A stretch of DNA of 38,028 nt from Elusimicrobiota bacterium (GTDB lineage Bacteria; Elusimicrobiota; Elusimicrobia; UBA1565; JACRDR01): contig JACQPK010000402.1 of assembly GCA_016207565.1 (NCBI GenBank), forward strand, positions 1 through 38,028, in the 5' to 3' direction. The translations under genes were made by a program, and so were the position numbers. Positions 34,730 through 38,028 of this stretch are shown piece by piece. The notes below the pieces were generated by a model. The model had not been told where the DNA came from. It saw only the letters and a list, made by a program, of their open reading frames with translations, and made no database searches. Position 1 is the stretch's first letter. Each line of letters begins with the position of its first letter.

Positions 34730-37700
34730 CGAGGGTCCTTCGCCGTCATGAATTGGCGCGCCTGGTAGAGGAGCGCCTCGGTCCTCGTCCGCACGTTCTT
34801 GAGGTTGCGCGCCTCGCTCATGTACACGGTGAGCACCGGGAAGTCGTTCTTGCCCTCCGGCAGCCCTTCCTTGAGCCGCGGGATGAGCCCTTCGTAGACC
34901 GTGTTCGGGAGACATCCCATCGGGCCGATCATGATCGCGCCGTCGGCGCCCGCGAGCGCGAACTCCTCGATGGCGCCGAGGGTGAGAGGGCCCTCGCCCG
35001 CGGCGAAGCCGCCGGTGTGCTTGCGGCCGTGGTGGATCACCTCGCGCAAGTCCATCGCCCGCCCGAACGCGGGGCGCTTGAGGTGCTTGCGGAATGTCTT
35101 GAAGAGGCGCCGGTCGTGCCAGCGCAGGAAGCCGTTGCTCACGAAGTACGCCAACAGCGAGCGCATGCCTTTGAGGCTCATCATCTCCTTGGGGCCGAGG
35201 CGGCCGAGGGGCGAGTGGTGCTCGACGCCATTGTAGATATATTCCGCGATGGGCGACAGGAACGCCTCGCCGCCCTGGGCCTCGATCTGCCGGAGCACGT
35301 CGCCGTTGGCGTAGTCGTTCCACCGCACGTAGATCTCTCCGGTCACGCCGATCAGGGGCTTCTTGCGGCTCCGGTCCTGCGGGACCGCCGCCATGTCGCG
35401 GGCGAACCGCTCGAGCACGTCGACGAGCTTCGACTCGTCGCCGATCGCGTCGGAGGCCTCCCGGACCGCCTTCTCGTAGATCAGGTCGGCGAGCTTCACC
35501 TTCCGAGCCAGGTCGGGGTCGTTGAGGTCGAGCCGCTCCCCGAAGTCGCCGAGGGCGACGCGCCCGGCGCCGAGGAGCTCGGCCTTCGCCGCCGCCGAGG
35601 CGTCGGTGTGCACCTCGTAGGGGCGGTTCTCCAGGAGGAGCTGGTGCATGTAGTCGCCCACCAGGTACGCCTTCCAGATCCCCGTCGCGAGCTTCAAGGT
35701 CGGCGTGAAGTGGTTGTGGACGATAGGCTCCTTGGACTTCCCGGCGAGGTTCGCGACCTTCGCGCCGGGGAAGCCGGCCGAGTGCAGCGCGTCCTGCAGC
35801 GCGCGGCCGTACTGGCTGAAGCGGCACGAGCCGCTCGAGTTGGTGAACATCACGACGGCGTCCTCGGGCTTGAGGCCCGCCTTCGTCTCCGCCTCCAGGT
35901 CCCGGAGCGCCTCGCCGACCACGACGGGGTACGGCAGGCACTCCTTGCCGTTCGCGTAGCGGCGGCCGCGCTCGAGCGCGTCGTCGGTCGGGGCGCGGAA
36001 GGCGCGCGCGTCGATGCCTTGGGCCCGCAGCGCGCCGGCCAAGAGGATCGAGTGGTCCGACATCCGCGGGATGAACACCTTCTTCCGCTTGAGCTCCTCC
36101 AGCGTGATGAAGGACAGCCCGGCCGGTTCGGCCGCGCCGCCCGCGGCCAGCGCGGAGAGGGTCTCCGCCTTCTCGTGCGCGACCGCCGCGGCCTCCTGCG
36201 CGAGCTCGATCGAGGTGATGAAGGCGTCGAGGCGCGTGCGGTAGCCGGCGATGCTCGAGTGCTCGTCGAGCTCGAGCACCAGGAAGGGCTTGCCTGCCTT
36301 CCGCATCCGGGCCTCGACCTGCTTGATGATGAAGGCGTCCGGGCCGCAGCGGAAGTTGGTGATGTAGACCGGGAAGAGATCCGGGTCCTCGGCGACCACC
36401 TCGGCGGCCTGCAGGAGCTTCCCCTGGAAGTACCAGGTGTCGTTGTTGAGGTCGGCGGGGCTCCGCGTCGCCGACTCGAGCGGGAGGAAGTCGATCGGCA
36501 GGGCCTGCCATCCGCGGCGCCGCCCTTCGCGGTCGATCCCGAGGTTCAGGCCCGAGTCGAGCGCGTTGTACGGCCGGCCGAGCAGGACGATGCCTTTCTT
36601 GCCTTTGGCCTTCAGCTCGCCGAAGATCTTCGCGCCCTCCTCGCGCTGCGCGATCCGGAAGGCCTCGGACGCCTTCTCGGCCTGCGCGAAGGCGTGGCGA
36701 ACGAGCTCCGCCGACAATCCGAGCTCGGCGCCGAACTTCTCGAACTGGGCCACGACCTCCTCGTGGGAGCCGCGCAGGTTGAGCTCCGGCGCGAGGAAGC
36801 GCTTGCCGTGCTCCTCGGCCTTGAACACGCCCTTGAGCGAGAACGGCACGCCTTGGACCTGCGGGCACGGCGCGGCTTTCTTCGAGCCGGGGTCGAAGGG
36901 CTTGAGCTCGACGACCGCCGGGAGGAAGACGTCGGTCACGCCTTCTTTGGCGAGCAGGTCGGCGACCATCCCGTAGATGACCTTCATCGGCAGGCAGGGG
37001 TCGATGTTGATGAAGCGCTTGGCCAGCTCGAGGGTCTCCTTGCCGGCCCGCGCCGAGACCGTGACCTCGAGCCCGGCCGACGTGAAGAAGGCGTTCCAGA
37101 AGGGGAAGCTCTCCCAGAAGTTGAGCCCGGCCGGGAATCCGATCACGCGCCCGGACGGCGCCACGACCCCGCCGTTCGCCGGGGCCGCCGCGCCGAAGGC
37201 GCGCGCCACCACACCCTTCGCCCAGGCCTTAAATCCCGCCGCCGCCGCCACGCCGCGGCCTTCCTCGCCCACCCAGTCTTTCGTGAGGAGCTTCAGGCGC
37301 GCCTCCAGGAGATCGGGCAGGTTCTCCGAGAGCTTCTTCTTCTCCTTCGGGATGCTGCGGTCGTGCAGGTCGCAGCCGCCGCCGTAGACGATCTTCTCGC
37401 CCTCGGCGGTCTTTAAGTGCATGAGCTGGCAGCGGTTCGCGCACGCGCCGCACTTGTTGGCCTCCTTGACCTCCAGCGGGATGAAGCGCCCGGACAGCCC
37501 CCGGAACTTGGTCCCGACGCGGCGCGCGGCCTCGGCGAGGTCGATGTCGCCGGCGCCCTGCGCCTCGGAGGCGAGCTTTGCCTCGAAGCGGGCCTTGGCG
37601 ATGAGCGCCATGCCGACCGCGCCCATGACCTCGGCGTGCTCGGGCACCTCGACGGGCCGACCGGTGAGCGCCTCGAAGGCCGCGACCACGGCCTTGTTGT

Positions 37701-38028
37701 TCGACACGCCGCCTTGGAAGACCACGCTCCGGCCCACCGTCTTCGGCCCCTTCACCTTGTTCAGGTAGTTGCGGGCGATCGAGTACGCGAGCCCGGCGGC
37801 GATGTCGTCGGGCGTGTAGCCCTCGGCCTGGGCTTGGACGATCCGCGACTTCATGAAGACGGTGCAGACCTCGCCGAGGTCCGCCGGCGAGAGCGACTTC
37901 ATCGCCATGTCGCCCAGGTCCGAAACCAGGACGTCGAGCACGCGCTTGGCCGCCTCGTCGAAGAAGGACCCCGTGCCCGCGGCGCAGGCCTGGTTCATCT
38001 CGAAGTCCTGCACCCTGCCCCGCATGTC
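34726..38028 (-). CDS. Multidomain CoA-substrate-specific enzyme activase (HgdC/BcrAD-type ATPase plus DUF2229/2-hydroxyacyl-CoA dehydratase-like domains), 3' part
   Basis: MNQACAAGTGSF, CTVF, FQGGV, MGAVG, CGAC.NRC, PCLPMK, LLGRPYN, NFRCGPD, ELDEH, CLP, GSCRFSQY, GEIYVR and PMGCLPN motifs. The 5' end lies outside the window. Confidence 0.93.
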   Translation of the reverse strand, partial: DMRGRVQDFEMNQACAAGTGSFFDEAAKRVLDVLVSDLGDMAMKSLSPADLGEVCTVFMKSRIVQAQAEGYTPDDIAAGLAYSIARNYLNKVKGPKTVGRSVVFQGGVSNNKAVVAAFEALTGRPVEVPEHAEVMGAVGMALIAKARFEAKLASEAQGAGDIDLAEAARRVGTKFRGLSGRFIPLEVKEANKCGACANRCQLMHLKTAEGEKIVYGGGCDLHDRSIPKEKKKLSENLPDLLEARLKLLTKDWVGEEGRGVAAAAGFKAWAKGVVARAFGAAAPANGGVVAPSGRVIGFPAGLNFWESFPFWNAFFTSAGLEVTVSARAGKETLELAKRFINIDPCLPMKVIYGMVADLLAKEGVTDVFLPAVVELKPFDPGSKKAAPCPQVQGVPFSLKGVFKAEEHGKRFLAPELNLRGSHEEVVAQFEKFGAELGLSAELVRHAFAQAEKASEAFRIAQREEGAKIFGELKAKGKKGIVLLGRPYNALDSGLNLGIDREGRRRGWQALPIDFLPLESATRSPADLNNDTWYFQGKLLQAAEVVAEDPDLFPVYITNFRCGPDAFIIKQVEARMRKAGKPFLVLELDEHSSIAGYRTRLDAFITSIELAQEAAAVAHEKAETLSALAAGGAAEPAGLSFITLEELKRKKVFIPRMSDHSILLAGALRAQGIDARAFRAPTDDALERGRRYANGKECLPYPVVVGEALRDLEAETKAGLKPEDAVVMFTNSSGSCRFSQYGRALQDALHSAGFPGAKVANLAGKSKEPIVHNHFTPTLKLATGIWKAYLVGDYMHQLLLENRPYEVHTDASAAAKAELLGAGRVALGDFGERLDLNDPDLARKVKLADLIYEKAVREASDAIGDESKLVDVLERFARDMAAVPQDRSRKKPLIGVTGEIYVRWNDYANGDVLRQIEAQGGEAFLSPIAEYIYNGVEHHSPLGRLGPKEMMSLKGMRSLLAYFVSNGFLRWHDRRLFKTFRKHLKRPAFGRAMDLREVIHHGRKHTGGFAAGEGPLTLGAIEEFALAGADGAIMIGPMGCLPNTVYEGLIPRLKEGLPEGKNDFPVLTVYMSEARNLKNVRTRTEALLYQARQFMTAKDPR

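Noticed and set aside
8973-37768. Many long Arg/Pro/Ala-rich alternative-frame ORFs (for example 8973-10910, 21665-23995, 24175-26061, 29847-31412, 34753-37416) and long 5' extensions of real genes
   Set aside because: They are typical high-GC shadow frames that overlap well-supported genes and carry no motifs. Starts were trimmed to coupled or promoter-supported codons.

Overview
High-GC bacterial chromosomal segment, densely coding, with about 45 genes and no rRNA, tRNA, CRISPR array, transposase or integrase recognisable by eye. The pilin style and fibre-like paralogues recall Elusimicrobia, but this is inference only. Housekeeping genes include the 5' part of secA, a MurC/Mpl-like ligase, tal, hom-thrC-thrB-lysC, proC, rnd, an AmmeMemoRadiSam B-A fusion, an HDAC-family deacetylase and the 3' part of a CoA-substrate activase. 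The most unusual region is 1.8-8.6 kb. A type IV pilin gene is followed by a three-gene module: a secreted protein with one intact Hint domain plus a catalytically dead N-terminal half-Hint, an ECF sigma factor, and a one-TM anti-sigma candidate. Two near-identical ECF-type promoter motifs tie this module together. Next comes an operon of three fibre-like paralogues and PilV/PilW/PilX-like minor pilins. Other notable items are a 28-bp perfect palindrome next to three DnaA-box-like 9-mers, a secreted protein with an ADP-ribosyltransferase-like C-terminus, a structured leader before rnd, an RHH-PIN toxin-antitoxin pair, widespread leaderless-type promoters, an internal lysC beta-subunit start and a 33-codon small ORF. 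All calls come from reading motifs by eye; no database searches were run.
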